Origin: Terriglobia bacterium | GTDB taxonomy: Bacteria > Acidobacteriota > Terriglobia > 20CM-2-55-15 | Direction of reading: 5' to 3' | NCBI GenBank assembly: GCA_965198225.1 | Contig: CBDAOY010000007.1 | Coordinates: 576,001-640,000, forward strand | Length of the DNA: 64,000 nucleotides | Shown here: positions 1 to 7,837 of the stretch, piece by piece | Numbering within the stretch: position 1 is the first letter of the stretch | How the letters are laid out: every line of letters begins with the position of its first letter | The notes under the pieces: model-generated | The model's database searches: none | Told to the model about the DNA's origin: nothing | Seen by the model: the letters and a program-made list of their open reading frames with translations, nothing else | Made by a program: the position numbers and the translations under genes

Positions 1-287
1 TGTTGGAAATGACATAGTTCCCCAGGTACAGGCAGGGTGTCGACCAGAGGTCCGTCATCGCCTCGAATCCGGGGGTGGGCGGCCGGTGCCGCAAATGCCG
101 GGTCTCGATCCTCGGCGAAGAACAGGATCCGGCTGCCGGCATCGCCGAAATTGTCATACCGCGGCGCATCCGGCATCACGCGGTCGAACGTCTTGGTCAA
201 CGAGTCGAGCTCGCCGGCCTCCAGACATCCCCGGACCACGACGAACCCGAACGCCCGAAACATACCGACTTCCAGCTCACTGAGCAT
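1..287 (-). CDS. Partial (N-terminal) phytanoyl-CoA dioxygenase (PhyH)-like Fe(II)/2-oxoglutarate dioxygenase; runs off window
   Basis: Manual translation from ATG at 287: MLSELEVGMFRAFGFVVVRGCLEAGELDSLTKTFDRVM...HPRI. This resembles the PhyH N-terminus (F-x-x-x-GF-V-V-R-G...HPRI). Catalytic HxD...H residues lie outside the window. Possible frameshift near nt 65. Confidence 0.6.
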   Translation of the reverse strand, partial: MLSELEVGMFRAFGFVVVRGCLEAGELDSLTKTFDRVMPDAPRYDNFGDAGSRILFFAEDRDPAFAAPAAHPRIRGDDGPLVDTLPVPGELCHFQ

Positions 288-515
288 GCCGCGCCACTCC
301 GGACATTCGATCTCCCGACAACCCCCGTCGGTCAGCGCGATCTATTCTAATCAACGGGTCGCCGAAAGGGTGCCATGCCCCCGCGACCCGGCAGCCGTCT
401 GCCAGCGAGAGGCTACGGGATTTCTCTTGACTGTGCCAGGGCGCGATTCCAAGGTTGACCTAACGACTTCTCCGCAGATAAGACGAACAGTGACCTTACG
501 TCGAGGGGGAACACC

Positions 516-905
516 ATGCCGCAAAACGAAGAGGCGATCAAAGAACTCTGGGCGAAGCTCGTGGCCCAGTCGTGGGGGGATGCGAATCTGAGACAGCGCA
601 TGCTCGATGAGCCGGCCGCGGTCTTGAAGGAGAACGGAGTTCAGGTACCCGACGGGTTCCGCGTCCACACCTTCGAGGACGACGGTCAGACCATCGTTCT
701 ACCTGTCAATGTCGAGCCGGCTGAAACAGAGCTGTCCGAAGAGGAGCTGGAGTCCGTCGCTGGGGGCGTCGAAGTCATCGCCAACCCGACGATGGGCGCT
801 TTGAAGGGCTTCGACTCACTGGAGTTCGTGGGCCCGTGCCTCAAACCCAAAGGTGCACTCGGGTCTGAAGGCGGGAAGACGGGTGCAATGGGGCCGTGCT
901 TCTGA
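516..905 (+). CDS. NHLP-leader RiPP precursor peptide 1 (84-aa leader + 45-aa core)
   Basis: LVAQSWGDANLRQRMLDEPAAVLKENGVQVP...IVLP matches the nitrile-hydratase-like leader. ELSEEELESVAGG is a double-Gly cleavage motif. RBS GAGGGGG upstream. Confidence 0.9.
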   Translation: MPQNEEAIKELWAKLVAQSWGDANLRQRMLDEPAAVLKENGVQVPDGFRVHTFEDDGQTIVLPVNVEPAETELSEEELESVAGGVEVIANPTMGALKGFDSLEFVGPCLKPKGALGSEGGKTGAMGPCF

Positions 906-1277
906 ACCGACTAACGCGGCCATGGCTGCCTGGAGCTACAGGTACTCAAACAGGCAAACCGGATCGCGCCGGGGAAACGATATGCAAAACGAAGATGACA
1001 TCAAACAACTCTGGGCGAAGCTCGTGGCCAAGTCGTGGGAGGATGCGAATCTGAGACAGCGCATGCTCGATGAGCCGGCCGCGGTCTTGAAGGAGAACGG
1101 AGTTCAGGTACCCGCCGGGTTCCGCGTCCACACCTTCGAGGACGACGGTCAGACCATCGTTCTACCTGTCAATGTCGAGCCGGCTGAAACAGAGCTGTCC
1201 GAAGAGGAGCTGGAGTCCGTCGCTGGGGGCGTGGAAGTCATCGCCAACCCGACGATCGGCGCTTTGAAGGGCTTCGA
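546..1277 (+). repeat. Tandem direct duplication (offset 463 nt) covering the precursor leaders and core starts
   Basis: 546-767 vs 1009-1230 differ at only three positions by eye. Confidence 0.9.
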
Positions 1278-1380
1278 GTCGCTGCTTGTCATCGGCCCGT
1301 GCGATGGACCTAGAGAGGGGATGGGTCCGTGCGCCCGGCCTAAAAGCGGGAAGACGGGTGCCATCGGGCCGTGCTTCTAG
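982..1380 (+). CDS. NHLP-leader RiPP precursor peptide 2 (83-aa leader + 49-aa core)
   Basis: Paralog of 516-905. Start reassigned to ATG 982 (MQNEDDIKQLWAK) by homology and GGGGA RBS. Same ELSEEELESVAGG motif. Confidence 0.9.
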   Translation: MQNEDDIKQLWAKLVAKSWEDANLRQRMLDEPAAVLKENGVQVPAGFRVHTFEDDGQTIVLPVNVEPAETELSEEELESVAGGVEVIANPTIGALKGFESLLVIGPCDGPREGMGPCARPKSGKTGAIGPCF

Positions 1381-1542
1381 GTTTGCTGCTTAGGGTGCAA
1401 CAATAACGTCAGGGAACGCACCCCCTATTTGCAGTAAGCTGAGACCTGCACAGCGGCCAGACCGTCGCGGGGGACGGAATACGTACACGCCGGCGGACCT
1501 CACACCCGACGCACCACCGCGTCTATCAACGGACCGGCCCGC

Positions 1543-1624
1543 CGCAGGCGCAGACGGATAGTTTTTCTGGTCAGCACCACCCCAGCGCTTCGCGCCACCC
1601 CTCCTCATCTGAGGAGGGGAGTTT
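1543..1624. repeat. CCCCTCC/GGAGGGG palindromic intergenic repeat (family 3)
   Basis: Reverse complement AAACTCCCCTCCTCAGATGAGGAGGGGTGGCGCGAAGCGCTGGGGTGGT matches the copy at 14955-15015. Confidence 0.65.
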
Positions 1625-1648
1625 AGGTGTCGCCCCGGCCACGGACCA

Positions 1649-2566
1649 CTAGTCAAACAACCCAGGCTGCTCATGCCTCCGGATCGGTATAGCGTCCAGG
1701 ACTGCGTCAAAACCCAACTCCGCACACAGGGTGGTGACCTGTTCGGGATGCCCTTTGCGGTAGCGCAGCAAGTCGGGTGAGATGTCCATATCGACGTCGC
1801 ACCGAATCCTCGCCAGCTCGCGACTCATCCGGACAGTGTCCAGGTTTTCGCGGATGCGTTTGAGAATGCGCTCGCGTCCCCTGAATGAAACTCCGTCAAG
1901 GTCGGAGTTCACGATGTCTTCGACCGTTCGGCAGGCAGCCAGGAGTTTGCTGGCAGTCTTCCCCCCGACTCCCAGGACCCCGGGGATGTTATCGACGGAG
2001 TCGCCGAGCAGAGCCAGCAGGTCGGGCACCTGGGCGGGCTCAACGCCCAGCTTGTTCTTGACCCCAGCCCGGTCGAGCCAGACGTTCTTCGCGAGATCGT
2101 AGATCCTGATGCGTTGGTCGACCAACTGAGCAAGATCCTTGTCTCCGCTGACGATGACGACGGGATGACCCAGGTCAGCCATGCGCACGGCAAGCGATCC
2201 GATGACATCATCGGCTTCGAAGGTTTCGACCTGAAAGGCGGCGATGCCGACCGCTTCAGTGATCCGCTGGCAGTACTGAAACTGGATCTTCAGGTCGTCG
2301 GGCGGTGAAACCCGATTCGCCTTGTACTCGGTGAAGAGTTCACGCCGGAAAGAATGTGCCCCCTCGAACGCAGCAGCGATATAGGGGGGATCCTGCTCTT
2401 TGATGATGCGCAGCAGGGTTCGCAGGTAACCCAGCACCGCGTTGGTTTTCATCCCGGACGGGGCAGTGATCGTTTCGGGCAGACCGTAGTAGGCACGAAA
2501 GATGTAGTTCATCGCATCGATGAGGAAGACCGGTCTCGAATTGAGGGGTAGCGAAGTCACGTCCAA
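1649..2566 (-). CDS. Stand-alone 5'-3' exonuclease / flap endonuclease (PolA N-terminal-like, PIN + H3TH)
   Basis: LIDAMNYIFRAYY, YKANR, FEADDVIG, SGDKDL and GDSVDNIPGV motifs; no polymerase domain. Confidence 0.9.
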   Translation of the reverse strand: MDVTSLPLNSRPVFLIDAMNYIFRAYYGLPETITAPSGMKTNAVLGYLRTLLRIIKEQDPPYIAAAFEGAHSFRRELFTEYKANRVSPPDDLKIQFQYCQRITEAVGIAAFQVETFEADDVIGSLAVRMADLGHPVVIVSGDKDLAQLVDQRIRIYDLAKNVWLDRAGVKNKLGVEPAQVPDLLALLGDSVDNIPGVLGVGGKTASKLLAACRTVEDIVNSDLDGVSFRGRERILKRIRENLDTVRMSRELARIRCDVDMDISPDLLRYRKGHPEQVTTLCAELGFDAVLDAIPIRRHEQPGLFD

Positions 2567-2636
2567 GCCCTACGAGTGATGTTTGAAACCTTTGAGAGCA
2601 ATCTGCCGTCAAAGCTGATCGCTGACGGCCAATTTT

Positions 2637-3017
2637 CTATTCATCCAAGATGGGAGTTGGACGCCGTTCGTCATCGATCGCCACGTAGATGACGGTCGCT
2701 TCGGTCACTTTGACGACCTCGCGATTCCCGTCCGGCCCGCAGCGCTCGGCTTCAACTTCGATATCCACGGTTACCGAAGTTCGTCCCAGACGCTCGGTTC
2801 GCGTGTAGAACGTGACGATGTCTCCGAGGTGGACCGGCGCGACGAACTCGACCTCTCGCATTGCCTTCGTGACGAACCTTTTCTTGGAGTGCTTCCGCGC
2901 CTCAGCTCCCCCGGCGAGGTCGAGGTGGCTCAGGATGACACCGCCGAAGATCGTTCCCAGCGGATTCGTGTCCTTGGGTAGCATCATCACTCGAATCGCA
3001 ACGCTTCTTTCGCTCAT
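2637..3017 (-). CDS. Acyl-CoA thioesterase (hotdog fold, YciA-like)
   Basis: [25 protein letters not shown]. Confidence 0.9.
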   Translation of the reverse strand: MSERSVAIRVMMLPKDTNPLGTIFGGVILSHLDLAGGAEARKHSKKRFVTKAMREVEFVAPVHLGDIVTFYTRTERLGRTSVTVDIEVEAERCGPDGNREVVKVTEATVIYVAIDDERRPTPILDE

Positions 3018-3023
3018 CCAGGT

Positions 3024-3653
3024 TCACCTCAGGAACGGATTCTGGGCCTTCTCGCGGCCAATCGACGTATTTGGGCCGTGTCCGGGGACGACAAGGGTTT
3101 CGTCGTCGAAAACCATCAGTTTTTGCTCGATGGAGCCGAGCAGTTCCGGCAGCGACCCGCCCCAGAGATCGGTACGCCCGATACTGTTGAGAAACAACGT
3201 GTCGCCGGTGAAAAGGATGGGACGATCTCCGCCCAGGTGAAAGGTCAGGCTGCCCGGGGTGTGGCCCGGTGTGTGAAGGACACCGACTTCCACGTCCTGA
3301 CAGCCGACCACGTCGCCGTCGTCGACGAATCGATCGATCTCTCCCCGGGTTGGGGTGGGAATCCCGATCCAGCCGGCCTGTGTCTCCAGGTTGTCGAAGA
3401 GGAACAGATCTTTCTCGTGGATGCAGGCGGGTGCCGCTGCCTGCTGTTGCAGTTGGTGAATCGCGCCGACATGGTCGATGTGGGCGTGCGTGCAGACGAT
3501 CTGCTTCAGCACGAGGCCTGCCTGGCTCAGATGCTCTAAGATCGTGCCGGGATCGTCCCCCGGGTCGACAACGATCGCTTCTCTGGTTTCTTCATCGGCC
3601 AGGATCGTGCAGTTGCACTGGAGGAGGCCCACCTGGAATGTGTCGATGATCAT
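3024..3653 (-). CDS. Metallo-beta-lactamase-fold hydrolase (glyoxalase II-like)
   Basis: THAHIDH, TPGHTPGS, GDTLF and PGHG motifs. Start moved to ATG 3653 because the upstream extension is a heptamer repeat. Confidence 0.9.
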   Translation of the reverse strand: MIIDTFQVGLLQCNCTILADEETREAIVVDPGDDPGTILEHLSQAGLVLKQIVCTHAHIDHVGAIHQLQQQAAAPACIHEKDLFLFDNLETQAGWIGIPTPTRGEIDRFVDDGDVVGCQDVEVGVLHTPGHTPGSLTFHLGGDRPILFTGDTLFLNSIGRTDLWGGSLPELLGSIEQKLMVFDDETLVVPGHGPNTSIGREKAQNPFLR

Positions 3654-3662
3654 TTCTAAAGA

Positions 3663-3694
3663 GAGTGACGAGTGACAAGTGACGAGTGACAAGT
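3663..3694. repeat. Heptamer tandem repeat (RAGTGAC)x4.5
   Basis: gagtgac gagtgac aagtgac gagtgac aagt. Confidence 0.85.
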
Positions 3695-3764
3695 AGGAAG
3701 TAACGCGCTTGCTCTGGTGTTCGTCACTAATGTCACCGTTCGATTACCGCGGCGTCGAGCACCT

Positions 3765-4151
3765 TCAGCGTGGCGTCGACGGCCTTGTCACGGCCTTCGG
3801 GTCACGGCTGGGGATCTCCTTCTCCTCTCCCGGAGCAAGCCTCTGATTGATGACAATCCGATCGCTTTCTACGATTGCGCCTCTGTCGTTAACGTAGGTG
3901 GCTTCCAGCGCGATCTCATCGTACGTGGTTCGCGAGCTGTCGTTGCGGAGTCGAATGATCCAGGCCGGGCGATCACCACCAACGTCGGGCACGAACTCAC
4001 TGTGCGTGATGACGATTTCCCCTGCGGGGTCGGGGCCTCCGAACCAACCCGCGATCGAATCCCCGTACGATCGGTAGCCGAGAACGACGACGATCAGAAT
4101 GAGGATGGCCCGTCGTCCTGCGACCCAACGGCGGGATCGGAGAAAATTCAC
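3765..4151 (-). CDS. Membrane-anchored hypothetical protein with FxLYD-like beta domain; C-terminus possibly frameshifted (true end about 3733)
   Basis: N-terminal hydrophobic helix and LRN...LEATY.N..G.IV...LAPGE pattern. Confidence 0.55.
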   Translation of the reverse strand: MNFLRSRRWVAGRRAILILIVVVLGYRSYGDSIAGWFGGPDPAGEIVITHSEFVPDVGGDRPAWIIRLRNDSSRTTYDEIALEATYVNDRGAIVESDRIVINQRLAPGEEKEIPSRDPKAVTRPSTPR

Positions 4152-4173
4152 GGTTGTCCTTCTTGGGCGGGCC

Positions 4174-5361
4174 TCAGGGGCTTTCTTCCTCGAGCGTCAG
4201 TTCGATGTCGACCTGTTGCTTGCCCCGGATGACGGTGACCGGTATGCGCTCGCCGGGCCGACGTGGCTCGAGCGCCGCGCTGACTTCTTCCACCGCGTTG
4301 ACTCCTCGCCCATCGACTTCGACGATGACGTCTCCACCGATCCCGATCAAGGAGTTTCCGACGCGCACCTGCCTTGTCGCGCCACGGATTCCGCCCCTCT
4401 CTGCAGGACTGCCGGGGATGACATCGACGACGAGTACTCCCGAATCAGTGCCGAGATCGAGAGCCTCGGCAATCTGTCCCAGCCGATCCAGCCCGATTCC
4501 CCTGAATCCCATGAAAACGCGCCGGACTCTCCCATAAGTGATGAGATCGGTCGTCACGCGCTTCACGGTTTCTACGGGAACAGCAAAGCTGATTCCGATG
4601 TTGCCCGTATTCGACGGGGAAACGATAGCGGTGTTGATGCCGATGACTTCGCCGCTGGTGTTGAGGAGCGGCCCTCCCGAATTACCGGGGTTGATCGCGG
4701 CGTCGGTCTGGATGATCCCTTCGATTATCCGGCCGTTGCCCGCCTGGATGGAACGGCCCAGCGAGCTGATGATTCCCGTGGTCAGGGTTCCTTCCAGACC
4801 GAAAGGATTGCCGATCGCCAGAACCTTCTGGCCGACCTGGATTCCCTCAGTCGAGCCGAGTGGAATGGCAACGAGGTCTGACGGAGGCGCGTCGATCTTG
4901 ATGACAGCGAGATCGTTGCTCGGATCGGCTCCGACGACCTGTGCCTCGTACTTGCTCTGGTCCCACAGCGTGACCTCCAGCCGCCGGGCACCTTCGATGA
5001 CGTGATAGTTCGTGAGGACGTTGCCGGTGTTGTCGATCAGCACGCCCGAGCCGCTGCCGGATTCCGGGACGGGTTGGAGGAAGAAATTGTAAGCCAGCGT
5101 GGTCGAGGTGATGTTGACGACGCCACGGCTGTAGGTTCGGTAGATGTCGACGTTATTGCGTTCGTCGGCGCTCATCTCCTGTTCGGCCAGCGGAGCAGAG
5201 GCCGGCGCGGAAGCGAGCGTGACATCCGGGGTGACCGCCTCGACTCCCTCTGCCGGTCTGGACACGGGTTGCGGCCGCAACGGTCGCCATTCCAGCGCGA
5301 CGTAAACCATCGCCGCGGTGATGATCGAGGACAAGAGGGCGATTCGGAATCCCTGTTTCAT
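4174..5361 (-). CDS. HtrA/DegS-family trypsin-like serine protease with PDZ domain
   Basis: LTNYHV, DLAVIK, IQTDAAINPGNSGGPL; N-terminal TM segment. Confidence 0.95.
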   Translation of the reverse strand: MKQGFRIALLSSIITAAMVYVALEWRPLRPQPVSRPAEGVEAVTPDVTLASAPASAPLAEQEMSADERNNVDIYRTYSRGVVNITSTTLAYNFFLQPVPESGSGSGVLIDNTGNVLTNYHVIEGARRLEVTLWDQSKYEAQVVGADPSNDLAVIKIDAPPSDLVAIPLGSTEGIQVGQKVLAIGNPFGLEGTLTTGIISSLGRSIQAGNGRIIEGIIQTDAAINPGNSGGPLLNTSGEVIGINTAIVSPSNTGNIGISFAVPVETVKRVTTDLITYGRVRRVFMGFRGIGLDRLGQIAEALDLGTDSGVLVVDVIPGSPAERGGIRGATRQVRVGNSLIGIGGDVIVEVDGRGVNAVEEVSAALEPRRPGERIPVTVIRGKQQVDIELTLEEESP

Positions 5362-5496
5362 CTTTGTCTATGGCTCTTTAAGACGTCGGCTCTGCTATGC
5401 AAATCGTAGGCCGGTCCGTTTCCAGAAAGCGATAAGCTGCGGCGCCTCGCGCCGTCAGCTTCATCACGATGAACCACGTCGGTGCACGCAAAATAA

Positions 5497-6453
5497 TTAT
5501 GCCGCATGAAGTTCAACGATGTCACCGTCGTCCAGGATGAAATCGCGCGCGACCATGATGCCGTCGATCTTGCCCTCCCCCCACAGCTTGGCGAACTTGA
5601 GTGTTTCGGCCAGGTCTCGATGTACGGAACCGGCCAGGTCCAGAACCGTGCTTCCCCGGGACAGCACGAAGGGGTCCTTGCGTTCGGCTTTTTTCCCCGG
5701 AACCTTGGTATAGACTCTTACCAGTTCGAGGAATTCGTAGACCTTCCTCTTGAAGGCCTCGACTTCCGGCGACGTCGCCGAGGTGCTGGAGAACGGGATC
5801 ATGGGAAGGTTGTCGGCGTAGATTTCCAGCACGATCTGCGCCCTGACAGCCGCTTCGGCGTCGTCGCTCTTGTGGCCCACGATCAGGGTCTTCCGTTCCT
5901 TCAGGTCCGTCTTCCCCTTCTCCAGAACCTGTTCGGTCGACTCCATGTGATCCAGGACGGAGTCGTCGGACAGATCGACTGTCCACAGGACGGCATCTGC
6001 GTTCCGGATAATCTGCGGCACCCAGTATTCCATGTGTTCGGCCGACACGGGCGGGAGGTCCACCAGCTGCAGGTGGACGTCTTCGTAGATCAGTATCCCC
6101 GGAACAGGTGCGCGGGTCGTGAACGGGTAGTCCGCGACTTCGGTTCGAGCATTGCTCAGGCGCGCCAGGAGTGCGGACTTGCCCGAGTTGGGGGCGCCCA
6201 CCAAAGCCAGCTGCCGCGCGCCTTCCCGCTCCACGTGAAAGAAGTCGCGCCGCGCCCCGGACTTCTTGCCCGACGATTCCTTTCGCAATGCCGACAGCTT
6301 CTTCTTCAGTTCGGCTCGCAGTTTTTCGGTACCTTTGTGCTTCGGAATGATGGCCATCATCTCCTGAAGCGCAACCAGCTTTTCCGGCGGAGTCTGGGCT
6401 TGTTTGAACCGCTGTTCCGCCTCCAGATACTGGGGAGTGAGGTTCGCCGGCAT
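5497..6453 (-). CDS. DRG/Obg-family GTPase with C-terminal TGS domain
   Basis: KHKGTEKL N-terminal motif, GAPNSGKS (G1), YPFTT (G2), HKSD (G4), TGS signature LDDGDIVELH. Confidence 0.85.
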   Translation of the reverse strand: MPANLTPQYLEAEQRFKQAQTPPEKLVALQEMMAIIPKHKGTEKLRAELKKKLSALRKESSGKKSGARRDFFHVEREGARQLALVGAPNSGKSALLARLSNARTEVADYPFTTRAPVPGILIYEDVHLQLVDLPPVSAEHMEYWVPQIIRNADAVLWTVDLSDDSVLDHMESTEQVLEKGKTDLKERKTLIVGHKSDDAEAAVRAQIVLEIYADNLPMIPFSSTSATSPEVEAFKRKVYEFLELVRVYTKVPGKKAERKDPFVLSRGSTVLDLAGSVHRDLAETLKFAKLWGEGKIDGIMVARDFILDDGDIVELHAA

Positions 6454-6520
6454 GAGCTAAGAATAGCACAGCGGGGCGACGGTGCAACTCTGCCCTGACC
6501 GGGGTTAACTACTTTAATTT

Positions 6521-7762
6521 TCAATGCGTTTCGGAAACTGTCCGGGGCTCCGGGATGAACACGCAGACGGCGGGAATCAGAATGGTCACGGACGCTGCGA
6601 TCCAGCCGACGGCCGCGAAGCCGGCCGCATCGTAGGCGGTGGCTGAAACTAAGGCCAGCGTTGCGATTCCCAGCTGGGACGCCGCGTTCCGTATCGCGAC
6701 ATAGGAACCTCGGACTTCGGGTCCGACCAACTCCGTCGTCAGGGCATGCAAGGGCGCCTGCCTCGCTGATGCCGCCACGCTGAGCAGACCGATTCCGGCA
6801 AAGAGCGCCCATCCCCACTGGAGACCGGAAACCGTGATGAACATGATTGCCAGAACAAGGTTGGCCGCGATGATAATCTTTTTCTTGCCAATGCGATCGG
6901 AGAGCCAGCCCGACAGCGGTGACGCCGCGGTTGCCGTCACACCGGCCGCCATGAAGAGCAATCCGATTCCCTCGATCCCGATGCCCTGACTCGAACGGAG
7001 CCAGACGCCGACGAAGGTGAGGAAACCGACGAGCCCCCCCGAGGTCAGGAACGCGGCGGCTATTCCTGCGAGCCGATTCCGGATCCGCAAGTGGGCAAAC
7101 ACCGCCGCCGGGGAAATCCGACCTTCACGACGCTGATCGGACGGCAGAAAAAGGGTGGTCGTCAACAGCATCCCCAACCCCGCCACCGCCAGGCCCGCGA
7201 ACACCCATCGCCAGCCCAGCCTCGCGGTCACGAAAGCAGCGGCGGGAATACCGATTCCAAAGGCGAGGAAGTAGGCCATCGATATGATTCCCATCGCTCT
7301 GCCCCGGTGTTCGTACGGGTAGAGATCCGCGGCATAAGACAGCGCCAGGGTGGATAGCGCCCCAGCCCCCAAACCTGTCAACATGCGCGTCCACAGCAAA
7401 GTGCTAAAATAAGGAGCCAGGTATGTCAACAGCGATGCTGTGCTGAACAGAGCCAGAGCCAAACAGATCAGCCGCTTGCGACCGAGCCTGTCTGATACGG
7501 TGCCGGCGAGAAGAGCGAATGCCGCGGACGCCAGTGCGTAGGTCGTGACGAGAATTCCGGCCCGGCCGGGCGCAATACCCAGATCCTCCGCCATGAAGGG
7601 GAGCAGCGGAGGGATGAGTTGGGTGTCGGCGACTCCCAGAAACAGGACACCGAACAGAACAAGAGCCGCACTCCACCGGAAGCGGCCGGCCTCAGTTGCC
7701 GCAGAAGAAGCGGCGTCGCTCGCCGCTCCGGGACGCCCGCCCGGTTCGTTGGCAGAGGGCAC
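6521..7762 (-). CDS. MFS transporter
   Basis: About 12 hydrophobic segments; motif A GTVSDRLGRK and GWLSDRIGKK. Confidence 0.9.
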   Translation of the reverse strand: MPSANEPGGRPGAASDAASSAATEAGRFRWSAALVLFGVLFLGVADTQLIPPLLPFMAEDLGIAPGRAGILVTTYALASAAFALLAGTVSDRLGRKRLICLALALFSTASLLTYLAPYFSTLLWTRMLTGLGAGALSTLALSYAADLYPYEHRGRAMGIISMAYFLAFGIGIPAAAFVTARLGWRWVFAGLAVAGLGMLLTTTLFLPSDQRREGRISPAAVFAHLRIRNRLAGIAAAFLTSGGLVGFLTFVGVWLRSSQGIGIEGIGLLFMAAGVTATAASPLSGWLSDRIGKKKIIIAANLVLAIMFITVSGLQWGWALFAGIGLLSVAASARQAPLHALTTELVGPEVRGSYVAIRNAASQLGIATLALVSATAYDAAGFAAVGWIAASVTILIPAVCVFIPEPRTVSETH

Positions 7763-7837
7763 CGGCGGATTCTACCACACGGTTTTCTGCCGTCGTGGGA
7801 GCTCGACGACGCAGAAAGAAGCGGAGAGGATGACAAT

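Noticed and set aside
853-981. 43-aa N-terminal extension of precursor 2 in the ORF track
   Set aside because: It overlaps precursor 1; homology and the RBS place the start at 982
516-1380. True nitrile hydratase alpha subunits
   Set aside because: They lack the CxxCSC metal-binding motif, have a double-Gly leader end, and there is no beta subunit
5506-6498. Long antisense or alternate-frame ORFs (e.g. 5506-6498, 17867-19102, 42555-43580, 54188-55111)
   Set aside because: Shadow ORFs of well-supported genes, expected in GC-rich DNA
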